Notes: generated from the letters alone by a model not told the origin. DNA of 64,000 bases from Octopus vulgaris (GCA_951406725.2 OX597818.1:64480001-64544000), one strand, 5' to 3'. Counted from the first letter of the stretch, positions 13,046 to 26,634 are shown. Program-made: numbers and translations.

Positions 13046-14670
13046 CAGTTGCGTCCAAAATGTTAAGAACGGCATTGTTTTCGCTAGAAAAGTAGGTATA
13101 CGTTTTTATCAAAATTGTTTTATATTCTATAATTTTCACAGACAATAAATACGATATTAATTGTTATTGTCTGAGATTTTGGTGTAATTTGAGAGGATAA
13201 TAAAAAAGTTATGGATGATTTAGTGATTTACTGCAAAACCCATGGCGGCCAAAATGATCAGAACGGTTGCTTTTACTCCGTGTTTTAGTATATTTAACCG
13301 ACGAACTCTAATGTTTTGAATTTGTTTACGTGATGGTTCGTTTACTAAATATTAGTAAAAATATTTGCAGTGTACTTTGTTAATATAATGCCAGTTACTC
13401 CGTTACCAATTCGTCAGCAGATTATTAAGCTTCGAAAGAAGGATAAGTTAAGTATTGGGTCTATTGCAAAGATTGTTAAGTCAAAAAGTGTTGTTCACGG
13501 TATTCTTAAGGTCTTCGATGATTGTGGTTCGTGTGAAGTAAGAAAGTCTACAGGTAGGCCAAGAAAAACGACCAAGAGAGAAGATCGTGCTATGGTAAAG
13601 TTGATTAAAAAGGATAGATTTAAAACTGCTACTGCTGTTTCTCGGGAAATGAGCATTGTACTGAAGAAAACGTTATCTCGAAAAACTGTGTCTCATCTTT
13701 TAGTTGAACATAACCTACAAGCAAGATCACCTGCAGTGAAGCCACTGATAAGCTCCAAAAATAAAAACTGTCGTCTTACCTTTGCAACCGAACATGTGTT
13801 GTGGTCTCAAGAAAAATGGCAAACGGTGCATTTCAGTGATGAATCTAAGTTTATGTTATTTGGCTCAGATGGGAAAAGGTACGTTCGTTGAAAAGTAGGT
13901 GAAAAATTTTCGCCTAAATGCCTTAAGACTAGTGTTAAATTCGGTGGAGGAAGTGTCATGGTTTGGGGGGATGATATCTGGAGATGGTGTGGGCTCTTTG
14001 GTGCGATTACACAGAAAGGTAAATGCAGGAGTTTATAAACAACTTGTAAAAGATCATGTCTTGCCTGTGCTGAGAAATTCAACTAAGCGACCACCCATAT
14101 TCATGCAGGACAATGCCCCATGTCCCAAGGCTAAGGTGGTCATGAACTTCCTCATGGCTGAAAAGGTTATTATTATGGATTGGCCTGCTCAAAGCCCACT
14201 TCTCAATCCTATTGAAAATGTGTGGAATATTCTAGGAGAACGTTCGAAAGCCAGAAATCCTAAAACAACCAAGCAATTATGGAATGCCCTTCAGGAAGAA
14301 TGGAATAAGATCACCTTGCAAGAAACTGAAAATTTAATTTCCTCATGCAGTCGAAGATGTCAAAGTGTGATTGAAGCTAAAGGGCTTCACACTAAATATT
14401 AAATAATTCCAGTATTCTCTGTCATTTTTTATTATTTTGCTATTTTTTCAACCGTTCTGATCATTTTGGCCGCCATCGGTTTTGCAGTAAATCACTAAAT
14501 CACCCATAACTTTTGTATTATCCTTTGTATTATCCAAAATTTCAGACAATAACAATTAATATAGTATTTCTTGTCTGTGAAAATTATAGAACATGAAACA
14601 ACTTTTATAAAAACTTATACCTACTTTTCTGGCGAAAGCCATGCCGTTCTTAACATTTTGGCCGCGACTG
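13046..14670 (+). mobile_element. Tc1-family DNA transposon, IR/DR type, full length (1625 bp)
   Basis: TA|CAGT...ACTG|TA ends; about 225-bp TIRs, each with outer and inner direct repeats (ccaaaatgttaagaacgg / ccaaaatgatcagaacgg). Confidence 0.95.
13388..14402 (+). pseudogene. Tc1 DD34E transposase, disrupted
   Basis: HTH, GRPRKTT, FSDESKF, QDNAPC-x34-E (SPLLNPIENVW); in-frame TGA at 13889 and a frameshift near the G-run at about 13965. Confidence 0.93.
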
Positions 14671-14715
14671 TATATATAGATATATATATATATATAGATA
14701 TAGATATATATATAT

Positions 14716-14876
14716 TCATTCCTAAGGTAGTTTTTGATGTTGCAGTTGTTGTTATTATTATTATTATTAATATTATTATTATTAGACATATGTCGTAGCG
14801 GTTAAGAGAGCGGGCAACTAACCACATGATTCTGAGTTCGATTCCTGGCTGTGACCTGAATAATAATAATAACAAT
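14716..14876 (+). mobile_element. tRNA-headed SINE family 3 fragment preceded by an inverted copy of its tail start
   Basis: Head 14784-14858 with A box TGTCGTAGCGG and B box GTTCGATTCC, then (AAT)n; 14716-14783 is an inverted (AAT)n plus tail start; homologous to 46386-47605. Confidence 0.75.
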
Positions 14877-15371
14877 ATTCATTGATTTATATTCATAATT
14901 TCAAAAATTATAGAGTTTGTGAGTGTGAGTTCACGCTTTGAGGACATAGCAGTAAATGGATGAACCTGTAAAATGCAGGCCGTAAATAAAATCTACTTCA
15001 TGCCTAGCTTTATAGTTAGCTCCACATGTACCGTGTTAAAACACAGATATATTTAAACAATTAAAAAATGAAGAACTTTATTTGATGTTCGACAATTTCA
15101 AAACAGCTTATTTCGTAACGCATAAGTAGGTTCAATGTTCGCTATAATATTTTACATAAAAGAAATTTTCTCTGAAATCTTATTTGACAAATTATATTGT
15201 TCGTTAGGTTTAGCAGTAAAGCAACATAATTTACATGTATTCACTCTTGAATAAGATTTGCAGTCAATGACCTTATCTCTTAATTAACATTTAGCTATTT
15301 CTGTGCTTCTCTCTGACAATCTCTATCCTCCTTTCACTTTCTGTATCTTTTTCTCTCTCCTACTAAAGCAC

Positions 15372-15372
<1 letters not shown>

Positions 15373-15414
<42 letters not shown>

Positions 15415-15417
15415 TAT

Positions 15418-15457
<40 letters not shown>

Positions 15458-15482
15458 GTAGATAGATAGATAGATAGATAGG

Positions 15483-15514
<32 letters not shown>
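15373..15514. repeat. (TA)n-(GATA)n microsatellite
   Basis: Direct inspection. Confidence 0.97.
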
Positions 15515-15515
<1 letters not shown>

Positions 15516-15861
15516 GTGTGTGTTCATAGGCCTGTCTGTATGTATATGTGTGTGTGTGGGGGGTGTTTGTATGAATATAGTGTTACGTACGTAAATATTC
15601 GCCTAACACAATACGGAAAGATTTATCTGACGTTAATTGCTTTAAATAAACATTATATTTAGCGAAGTAAATTTTTCGTAACTGGATCCATGAATTAAAC
15701 AAAGAAGTATTTACTATCACACATATGGACGTGGCGTAAATTTATGCGGCCATATATGGCTTTCAGTTTATTTAAATGTACACATATACGAATAACATAC
15801 GTACGCTTACACATATGCAAACACAGACAAAGACAGACATGCCCACAAACAAACGCGCATA

Positions 15862-15904
<43 letters not shown>

Positions 15905-16713
15905 GCGTGTGCGTAGATGTGTGTATGTTTTTTTTTTCTCATGGATTATCCTCTTCGGTAAATAGAATGAGGAAACATGCCCAAGGGTGTGCGGGGTTTT
16001 CAGGACATTCATAAAGAAGGAAGGATGTGAGATGATTAAAGAAAGGGAAATATTAGAGTTCAATATGAGAAGTTATTCTGGAAAAGGCATCAACTAAGGT
16101 GTATATAGAGAAATAGGAGAATGAATATATAAATAATAATAAGAATGTATGTAGATGTTATATTTGCAGCACCATTATCCAAGGAAAATGGTAGAAATGC
16201 TTTCTGTCTGTTTTATGTAAATTCCAATATGAATTAATATTTTGTTTTCATATATGATTTCCTTTGTAAATTCTGATATGGCACAGATAGTGTGTCAATA
16301 GCCAGATGGAGGAGATGTCTTCCTGGAGCTACAAGCTACAGTAGAATCAACCGTTGGGGGTTAGCCACATATAGGTAGCAAATATACTTCTCGGTGTGGT
16401 TCAGCTACTGTTTCTCTCAGAGATTTATTATATATATTTGTAAACAATGAAGTTTGAAAATGCTGCTATATTAGACAAATTTTAATTTAAATTTAACATG
16501 TTTCGCTTCTTGAAATGACGAACCTTATCAAAAAAAATTATATATAATAAAGAGAGTCCATGCTATATGTTTAAAGAGTATGATGTAATACTTCATAATT
16601 GTGACATATATTCAATAGAGTCAAATATAAAAAATTCATATATAATATTCAATAGAGTCAAATATAAAAAATTCATGTTCTTGAAAAGGCGAGGAGTTCA
16701 TTTTAGATTTTAC

Positions 16714-17237
16714 CTTGTGTTCCAATGGGAGCAACAGTAATGATTTTTGGTCGGTGTCTGCTCGCATAATTTTGGTGAATTTTGTAATTGCTGGCTTTAT
16801 ATCAGCTCAGCTAAGCTGTGGTCACTTGCACTTTTCACTGACGTCATATAGTTCCAAACCAATCAAAACCCAGTCTCAACGAATGTAGTGAAAAGAATCC
16901 TAACTGTATCCTGTTAGGAAACCAACCAAGCGGAACGACAGTTTGGCCACGGAAGAAATACGTCATCATTTTTTTTGACGAATTAGATCTGACCCATGAC
17001 TGTATCCTGTTAGGTGGCTAGTCCAGCAGAACGAGACGTCATCAATGTTTTGACCAATCAGAATCGGGTCTGAGGTGGCTAGTCCAGCAGAACGAGACGT
17101 CATCAATGTTTTGACCAATCAGAATCGGGTCTGACCCATAGCTGTATCGTGTGGGGAAACCGACCAAGCAGGGTGACAATAGCTTGACCACTGAGGTAAT
17201 ACGTCATCAGTTTTTTGACGAATCAGGATTAGATCTG
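16714..17237 (-). promoter_or_regulatory. Candidate Pol II promoter: TATA + CRE + CCAAT with tandem CRE/CCAAT modules and a short first exon
   Basis: Minus-strand TATAAAG 16795-16801, TGACGTCA 16839-16846, CCAAT 16859; four further ACGTCA and two further CCAAT in the repeated units 16904-17237; donor AAG|gtaaaa at 16714. Confidence 0.5.
16904..17237. repeat. Four related tandem modules, including a perfect 61-bp duplication
   Basis: Units start at 16904, 17000, 17073 and 17142; 17012-17072 equals 17073-17133. Confidence 0.9.
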
Positions 17238-17584
17238 CTCGTAGAGAAAGATATATTTTTATAAATTTTTCCATCCCTAAGACATATCACTGTCAGCGTG
17301 AGTGACTGTTTAAGGATCTGAGAAATTGTAATTCGCCCCACCTCCATTACTATAATTCTCTCACTGTGGCCGTAGCAACAGTGACCACGGTGGTTGTAGT
17401 AGTAGTGCGAGTTGGGGCAGTCGTAGTGGTTGTGGTAGAATTTCGTTTCTCTTTTTCGGAGGACCAATGTTTTGTTTTAATATTCCTGGCCCAGAGTGTT
17501 CAAACTTGGTCTAAATTTTTTGATGAAATAAAGTTCTTTATTTTGGCGTTGCGTGAAGGTTACGCTGTATAAATATGTATATAC

Positions 17585-17635
<51 letters not shown>

Positions 17636-18566
17636 TTATATATATATATATAAACACTTCCACAGAGAATAGATCTTGCATAGCGCATCAAATATATATA
17701 TAATGCTCATCACCGAAAATGTGAGACTTGTGTTTTCTTTTCCTGTAAAAGGATGTTTTTCTTTTATTATGATTGTCCGTTGGGTTTACGGTCAAGTTTT
17801 TCAAGGAATGTTTGATTACGATATGCAACTACTTAGGACTTCCTCGAAAGTATAGCATCTGAACGTTTTATTATTCTTTTACTTCGATATTTTTCGAATG
17901 GAATCGTCTGATATTCCCTTTAAATGTCAGTAGTGTTGTGTTGATAAAGATGATAATACCGATGTGCTTCAAAATAAAGCAGAAGAAAAAATCCGTTTTT
18001 ATTTTTTTCGTAAGGAAAAAGATTAAATTGCAGAAATACAGCGGAAAGAAATCTTGGAACGAAGCGCAAATCGATATAAGCAAGGAAATAACGCAAAACA
18101 ATGATTGTATGAGAAAAAGCTCAATAACAGGATAGACAATAGCGAACACACTGAGAGGACAAATTGCTGAGAACGAAATATCAAGTGGATTTTCCGTAAA
18201 ACAATGTTGGAACCAGTTTTAAATTCTTCCATTGGACTACAAAAATATACAAACAAAAACCTCAAATAATTAATTGGTCTTCCTTAATTTTTCTCCTTTC
18301 TAATTCCTCTCTTCATCTCTCCTAACCAGAATCCCTCTATCTTTGACTTTATTTTATTCTTTACACATATCTTTCGCATATCTTAACTTAATCAATCAAA
18401 TATTTTTTTCCATTTCATTTCAAATCTTTCCAGTTCCTTTTCCCTTCGTAGATATATACCTAATATACTTTTCTATTTAGATATAACTACGTCCGGTAAA
18501 CGTTTATACCTACTTGTAAATATCATAGCAGTAAGCATTTCAACCGTGAATTATTTTTGTTATTAT

Positions 18567-18720
18567 ACGGGTGGTGGGCAAAACAATGGGAAAACTTAGG
18601 GTTAGGATTTATAAAACCATCAAAAGATTGTTTACTTTTATCGTTTTTGATTTAGTATTAGTGTTGCTTAATATGTTTAGCTAAAATTGCTGTTTCTTTT
18701 TAGATATCATGGGACTAGTC
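18567..18720 (+). mobile_element. Possible Tc1-like terminal fragment
   Basis: TA followed by CGGGTGGTGGGCAAAACAATGGGAAAAC, resembling Tc1 TIR starts; no partner TIR seen. Confidence 0.35.
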
Positions 18721-18779
18721 CAGGTCCTTTCGGATTACTCAGTGAACCTACTGTGCCGCTATTGAGATACTCTCTGAGC

Positions 18780-21700
18780 GCAAGAAGTTTGAAAATAGAG
18801 ACAAGATAGTAATGGTTACATTTCGATGTTTTCATACGTTTGGCTTACTCTGTGCTTGTTTCTCGTACAACTAATTTCGGAATTTTCTGCATTTTGAATT
18901 CACTTAAATGTTCCTTTTTCTGTTTTGTTACTAAGTATGCGGTTTTCTTCTTTCCGTGCTCTGAGGCAGGTTTTAGCATGCAATCATCGGAATTTTTCAA
19001 ATAAGCGTCTTGGCTAATTGTGGCAATCTTCCGTATTAATTCAAGCTTTAAGAATCCACAGTTGCCCTCTTTTCTTGGCAAGTAAATTCGTTCGACATTT
19101 ACCTTAGGGCGATGCATTCTATTCATTTCCAACATTTTTCGAACTTTTCGGTCAAGTTTATATATTTCAGTAATTGACAATCTAATAATATTGTAACTGC
19201 AAGTCACGATATGTATAGCTAAAGAATTAATTGCTTCGATCTTGTATTTCTGTCTCGTGTGTTGCCCTTAACCTGCAATGACATTCTTTTCTGTTCCTTT
19301 GCCTTATCATTGAATGTTTAATCCCTTCACATTCATGTATCCCTAAGTATTTGTGATATTCCTCTTGTTCTAAATCCTTTAGAATATTCTGTTGGTCAAC
19401 TTTAACGTTGAACCTTTCTGTCATTTTTCCTCTGATAAATGTTGCTTTTGTAGATTTATCGAGGGCTAATACCATCACTGAACTGTTTGACAATTGCTAG
19501 TAAGCCCTGTAATTGCTGATCAATCTTGCCAAACACTTTATATTGTCCGAGCAAAGGAGCTGATTTATAGATTTCTCAAAACTTCTATAGACACATTGTG
19601 CTTCATCCACCAATTTCGAAAGAAGTATTAAGGCTGGACAAAAGAAGGTCACTTTGGAAAATGCCACATGAAATACTTACAACCTTAGCTTTCAAATTCC
19701 TTCTCACTATTCAGAGTCCGTGTGGCTTTCCGTGATTTCGTAGCTACGAAGTTTCTATGATTTCCTAAAGAGGAAGTTTCGAAGGAGAGTTATTTTATAA
19801 ATTTGCAGATATTTCTCAAACCAGTTACGTGGTAGATTATGAAAAGCGTTATTTATAGTCTATCCAAGCTATTGATAGGTCCTTGTGCTGTTTGTGACAA
19901 TCTTCCAAATGTTCTTATTGGTCAGAAACTGATCTTTGAGACCATAGGACCCACGTTTACATTCTTCTTGCTCATCATTTCCTGGTAAGATGCTATAGGT
20001 GGATTCCGTGAAAACAGGTTTTGTTACCTTGCACATTGTTGTTAAACATGTTATGGGTCTATAATTTTTTTTGCTTCATTTGTTTCTTCATTTTTCGGAT
20101 GTAGAGATGTAGCATGATTAACTAACCAAGAGACCAAGAGGGAATCATATTTGTCTGCTGCAAAACTTTGTTTTAAAGTCTAGTCAGTGCTTCATAACTT
20201 TCTAAAGAAGCATTTAACCAGAAGTTAGGAAATTAATCGTTTCCCGGAGACTTCCGTTCGCTTGGTTTCCAGGAAGCAGATATTTAATTCGCTACCTTGA
20301 CGCCCTCCCACTCTTGCTGTTCGAGGGATGCTGATTAAGTAGATATTCTATCAATCAATTTTTCTTCTGCCCAAATTTTACAGCAGAATTCTTGCACTAC
20401 TTTTGATGGGACACATTTTACTGTGACTAATACTTTACTTATCTTCCTCTAAAAATGTTTGCATTATTTTTAAACATACCTTTGTACTTGAAAAACCTAG
20501 CGAGATTCTTATACCGTGCTAAGCAGGCAGCTTTGTCAGGTAACTTTGGCTTGCTCGTTTCTATAATGGTATCGATGTCAAGTATGGATTCCATATTATA
20601 TATTTTCTTTAATTTTAGGATTGTTTTTGCTTCATATTCTTCTCAGATTTGGGGTCTTTTTTTTAGTCATTGTATATCAGACCTAAATAAGTTAATTCTT
20701 TGTTGGATTTGCTATTGTCAAATACACATTTTTCAGAATGTTTTCGTTTCCTAAATTTGTCACAACACAGACTGTTTGAGATCTTATCAGATGAATAATG
20801 CAAGTGTTTGATACTTGTAATATCAAAATCATTAGCTGAAATTATATCTTTCAGGGCAAGGTTCCTTTTACCAGTTACTTTCAGGCTTTCGTTAGAGTTG
20901 CGAATTTTTGGGACTAGCCATTCAATCATGGTTTGATTTTTTAGATCATCAAGTTGAGTGAATTTCTCTTTGATTTTCATTTTCCTTGATATTTATTGAT
21001 GGATCAGAAATTATTTCACTTTGCTTTACATTTACATTGGCTTTTTTTCTGTAATTACTGTGTTTTCATCAGAGCTAATGAATTGGTCTATAATTCTTTC
21101 TACATAAATATCTTTCGCTGCATCTTCGTTTCTTTAAGGATTTACTGGTTGTTTAATCTGGGTAATCTCCAATTCAGAATAATGTTTCTTTACAATGGTG
21201 GCAAGCTTGTTACTATCTCTGTAAGATCATGTTTCAGGATGCTTCTCTCTACAACTTAGGTAGTTTTTTTTAGTATTGGATTTATTTGTGGGAAAATACA
21301 TGGCAAAATAGATGGTCTCGGAGCACATTTCATGCGTTTTCGTTTGACAATTTGATGATGAGCTTGGATTGCTATAAGTTGGAATATTCCAGTTATGTGG
21401 TGCTACCAGCTTCTGAATTTCGAGAAGATTTGAACCAGTAGCTGATTGTTCACTCCCAGTCTGGTCACTCACTGGGCGGTACTGACCCTGTTGATTCTAG
21501 TGAGAAGCGATCCGCTGTGAATTTTGCTTTGCTGTTATTTGGCAAAGAGGAAATTGGACATTGGCGGAAGGGAATTGATCTATAAGTTGATCGTTAACGT
21601 TCTGAGGTAACTCCGCCTCCGAGTGCATTGAAGGAAAAACGTTTCTCGTACCGCAATTTCATGAGCCTGACAGACAGATATTTCTTTACTTGATATATTC
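18780..21700 (-). mobile_element. Decayed R4/Dong-like (RLE clade) non-LTR retrotransposon
   Basis: Frame-shifted motifs EQEECKRGSYGLKDQFL, LSIAWIDYK, YHKYLGI, LDRKVRKMLEMNRMHRPKVNVERIYLPRKEG; adjacent (ATT)n. Confidence 0.85.
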
Positions 21701-21767
21701 ATTGCTAGAAACATTTGCTTTTGTAGTATTTCAAACTTAGGGATAATTCGCTTGTTGTTGTTGATAT

Positions 21768-21948
<181 letters not shown>

Positions 21949-22299
21949 AGTCGCCGAATGACACACGTTGATGCTACACCGAAGAGGCCAGGGAACAGAA
22001 GAAGGAAGACATGCACCCAACTTCAGAGCTGAAGACACCTCTGAAAGGGGGTGGGGCGCCACGTCAAAACGTTAGAGGAATAGGGGCCGAAACTGGACGT
22101 GGTTCTTCCTGATGATGTCATGAGCTAACTAGATCTTATAAAGGAGCTGTTGTGGTAGCAGATCACGAAACACGGTTGTAATTCCTCCTCCTTATTATTT
22201 TTATTATTGCTGTTGTTGTTGTTGTTGTTTTTATTATCATTATTATTATCATCATCATCACCATCAGCGTCATCATCTTCATCATCAACATCATCATTA

Positions 22300-22500
22300 T
22301 TATTTATTGACTTTGCACAGCTTCTAACATTGTAGATGTTCTATGGTGCCACCCGTGCACGACCACTGAACAAGATAACAACCCTCATTTTCCGAGCACC
22401 ATCCGGAGTATTAGAGCGGTTCTAAGCAGTGCTGTTTTCTGCATGTGGTCCACCCATATAGCAATCTCTTATTTGTTCCATGTACTTCCCAAGATTTTTA
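22300..22500 (-). mobile_element. 3' end of an R4/Dong-like element
   Basis: Minus-strand translation QKTALLRTALILRMVL resembles the RLE C-terminal motif; followed by an AAT/GAT-rich tract. Confidence 0.7.
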
Positions 22501-22769
22501 CTCCGTGTTCCCTTTATCATTACGTTATTTGAATTGTTACTATCGAGTAACAAAGTTGCCTGTTATTACGTAACTTTCACTCTTGGTATTCATAACTTAT
22601 GTGATTTCTTAAAAACAAGATCCTAAATAAAACGGTTCGTTATTCTCTGTAAATGCAAAAACAAAATAAAATGAATAACTTTGTATTGTTGCTAGTTAAT
22701 TAATGAAACAATTATGAGATCTGGACCAGAGTATAAGCCCCGCTTTTCCAGGAATTACCGGGTACATCA

Positions 22770-23720
22770 GTTACTAGTTTATATATAGTGGTGAGGCATG
22801 TTATGGGTCGGTATGTTGTGGGGTTCGTAGTTCTGTAAGCTACTTTGGAGATTTTGCAAGGTTGGACATGACTTGAGTGCTAGAGCTAAGTTGTGGTGGG
22901 CGCTCATTAAAAAGTTTAGCCAAAAATTGGGTAACTTATCTAAACTTGGGGATTTCCATTTCTTTGACATGGCGAACGCCATTTTCACTTCTTCAGTTGT
23001 TATATCCTGCCATTCTTGATATTTGAAGGGAGCATTGGTCTTTTATGTGTCCCTGACCAAATGTGTATTCTGATTAAACACCATTAGATTACTCCAAATG
23101 TTTCTTTCCAAAAATCTTCAGTTTGCTGCTGGGAAGGAGGTGTTTTCACAATAATGGTATGTTCCCCCAGTTAGCTTTAGACATTTTTGTGTTGTCCTTG
23201 AAAAGAATGTTTTGTTTATGGAATGTTGATCGTTTTTGTTTTTGTTTTGTATCTTGCCAAATGTTTGATTTTTTTTATTGTAGAATTTGGTTGAGGACTT
23301 CAATCTGTGTATTCTTTGTATCTTGTGTATTTTGTAAATGTCATGTCTAGCAATTGTTGTTATTAGTTTCTTGGGTTTTTATTAGTTTTCTTTATTCTTG
23401 CTTCAAGTAGAAAAGATATATAAGATCTTAGCAGATTCTTTCCATCCGTCCAGTCTGTTTGTGTACATTGCACTTTGTTCATCCTTACGATGGGCGTTCT
23501 TATGCATTAACCAAGGCGCATTTAACTGCCCATAGCTGTATATTCCATATCTTCCATAATTGTTAACTAGTGCCGTATTTGGTGGGTTAATACTTAACTA
23601 TTCACTAGCATTCAAACAGTTCCCAATTCCAACTCTAGTGTACAAACAATTTTGAGTCTTATGATTGTCTTCTTTTACATTCCGTATCTTATTTCGCACT
23701 TCTACGCAAAATCAATTTAG
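22770..23720 (-). mobile_element. Second R4/Dong-like fragment (pre-RT region)
   Basis: KWKSPSLDKLPNFWL motif (WKAPGPD..NFWL type). Confidence 0.7.
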
Positions 23721-24851
23721 CCATTTCAGTTTATTATTATTATCTATTCCTTGTCTCTTTCTCTTTCTTCTGTAAACTTATTATCTTTTCTTTCTTTCGG
23801 TATCAGTCGTCTTCATTTCTAGTTTATTATTCCTTTATGTTTTTTATTTCCTCATATTCCATTCGCTTGTATATATGTCTTAAATAAAATCCGATGGAAT
23901 AGTACCTTATTAAAGATTTACTCGTGGATCCCCCTCTCTCTCTCCCTTTCTCTTTCTCTCTCTCTCACACACATCATTCACTTTTCTTTTCACTTTATAA
24001 TGTAGTTTTTAGATTGATGCATATATAGTTATCACACAAAACTTCCATTTATTTATACAATTTTTACAATATATTTTATATAAAAGATTCCTCCAGAAGT
24101 ATTTTCAAATACAATAGTAAATCAGAATTTAATGCTTGCCCATAAAAAACTCCACTTTGTTTACATTTTACATGCAGGAAGTGTTGTATGCGTGACAAAC
24201 AGTGACATATTACAAGGTATCAGAAGAAAATGTTGTATTCTCCAGAGGTGAAGAAACGTGAGTAGAGGCAAAAACGCTTAAAAAATAAGTAAGGCTAAAC
24301 GAAGTGTATAAATATACAAATGTAAATGTATCGGTAGACGCAAGCATGACTATTTGGGTTCGAGTTCTGTCCATAGCAGGATACAAATTCTTAGTAAATG
24401 TAGAATACCCAGGAAGTAAACTATGCGAATTAACAAGCGAGTTGTGAATATCGTGTTCGACATGTTCACATATATACACACAAATTCACACACACATACA
24501 CACTTACACTCATATATATGATTGATATATGCAAGTGTGTGTGTGTGTATGTGTATGTGTGTGTATACGCTTTTTTTTACTTTTTCAACTTCCCACTTTT
24601 TCTATATACTTCATTCTCGCTTTTTTCCTTTCTAATAATAGCTTACCGTCTTTAGTTCGTTATAGCATGTGGGCTGTGACTGAAGACAGTGCCGAGATGT
24701 TACAAGCATTTTAAAACAATGCCTGGCATGTAATCCACATATGAAACTAATAGTAGCACATAAAAAAACATATATTTTGCTTATTAAATTATATTCAATC
24801 CGTCACCAGAGGGTGTACTCTTCTTGCTTATCGTACCGTCACGGAACAGTA

Positions 24852-24934
<83 letters not shown>

Positions 24935-24959
24935 ACAAAAGAAGCGATAACCGATCAAT

Positions 24960-25181
24960 GTGTGTGTGTGTGTGTGTATTTTTGTGTCTGTGTTTGTCCC
25001 TAAAGCATCGCTTGACAACTGATGCTGGTGTGTTTATGTCCCCGTAACATAGCGGTTCGGCAAAAGAGACCGATAGAATAAGTACTAGGCTTACAAAAAA
25101 TAAGTCCTGGGGTTGATTTGCTTGACTAAAGGGAGTGCTCCAGCATGGCCAAAGTCAAATGGCTGAAACAAGTAAAAGAGT
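24960..25181 (+). mobile_element. SINE family 1, 3' half
   Basis: Matches the body and tail of 58019-58387. Confidence 0.85.
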
Positions 25182-25477
25182 ATATATGTGTGTATTGAGC
25201 ACGCCTGCGTATGCTTGATTTAGTCGTTCTGACCGTAATAACTACATGTAGAACTCAATATGCGTATACTCTGAACGAAGCGTTCGTCAGTACAAAGCCG
25301 TGCTAAGGAAAGAGACGGCAATGGAATATGCGATTATCTTCTGAACTTCCTTAGCTAACTCATGTTTCCACTAAAAGACGTGGTGCTCTTATAATTGAGT
25401 GCTTCACTAATGCCATGCAGATTCAGCAAAGATTCAAGCATGAATTTCTACTTCGTATTTATTGGTAATACATGTTG

Positions 25478-25875
25478 CTGTGTTGCTTGCACACCACATG
25501 GTTCTGGGTTCAGTCTCACAGCATGGCACCTTACTGAAGTGTTTTCTGCTATAGCCTCGAGACGAACTAAGATTCGGAGTGGCTTTGCCACACAGAAACT
25601 GTAAGAATCCCGTTATATATATATATATATATACATATATGTGTGTGTGTGTGTGTGTGTGTTTGCGTGTGTGTGTGTCACTGTGAATGTGGGGGCGTGA
25701 TTGTGTCGTTGTATCTGTGTTTAGGGCCCCGGTATCTTAGCAGTTGGGCCAAACAGACCGATATAATAAGAACTAGGCATAAAATGAATGTCTTAGTGTC
25801 GATTTCTTCGGCTAAAACCATTTTAAGGTGGTGCTGAAGTATGGCCGTAGTCGAATGGTTGAAGCGCGTAAATGA
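25478..25875 (+). mobile_element. Diverged SINE family 1
   Basis: ccacatggttctgggttcagtc head, ttctgctatagcc, degenerate tail. Confidence 0.7.
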
Positions 25876-26275
25876 ATATATGTGTATCTGTGTGTGCACG
25901 CATGCGCTTATGTGTAAATGAACATGTACTAATTTTTGTTCTTGTTTAGTTGTAAAATAATCTTACATTAATCAGAGGTGATACTCTAATTCATTTTTTG
26001 TTCTGCTTTCTTGGCGTAAACTTCAAAGTCACTTCTAAATAATATGTTTAAGAATTATATTGTCTGAGACAGACTTACACACACACACACATGTATAGAG
26101 AGATAGGATTATATATGTATATATACGCTTACATACACGCATATACAACGTACATTCATATATATATATATTCAATATTTCTCATTTTGATAATCAGTGA
26201 ATGGACTTCACTGAGTATACATATATACAATTACGAAGTCGAGGCAAATATCACCAGCTGACCGGTGTCTGCTAC

Positions 26276-26321
26276 TCTAGGCCGATGAAGGACAACGATC
26301 CTGAAACACGGTGTCCCTAGA
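26276..26321 (+). ncRNA. Type I minimal hammerhead ribozyme (CCGAUGA core variant)
   Basis: Stem I TCTAGG/CCTAGA, core CCGATGA, stem II AGGA-caacga-TCCT, GAAA, stem III ACAC-g-GTGT, cleavage triplet GTC. Confidence 0.75.
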
Positions 26322-26565
26322 TGCAGTTCCGGCGGCCGGGGGTGTTTGTCTGCCCTTCGTATATGTATATAAGGACACAGGGAAAAAATGTGTCAAAGCT
26401 ATCAGGAGGCGTTCGGTGCTTTCTAGGGCTATACAGCGGTGGTGTACCCCCTACTGTCACGTTCTTGTTAGATTGACAGTATACAACCGTTCTATCGCCC
26501 CACTACTGTAAATGTCTCTACGAGAGATTTAGAAATTCAATATTTCTTATATATATATATATATT

Positions 26566-26628
<63 letters not shown>

Positions 26629-26634
26629 GAATAA

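Noticed and set aside
16607-16677. 30-bp direct duplication
   Set aside because: Ordinary slippage with no further structure.
16904-17237. CRISPR-like repeat/spacer array
   Set aside because: Eukaryotic context, the units are tandem duplications without unique spacers, and there are no cas genes.
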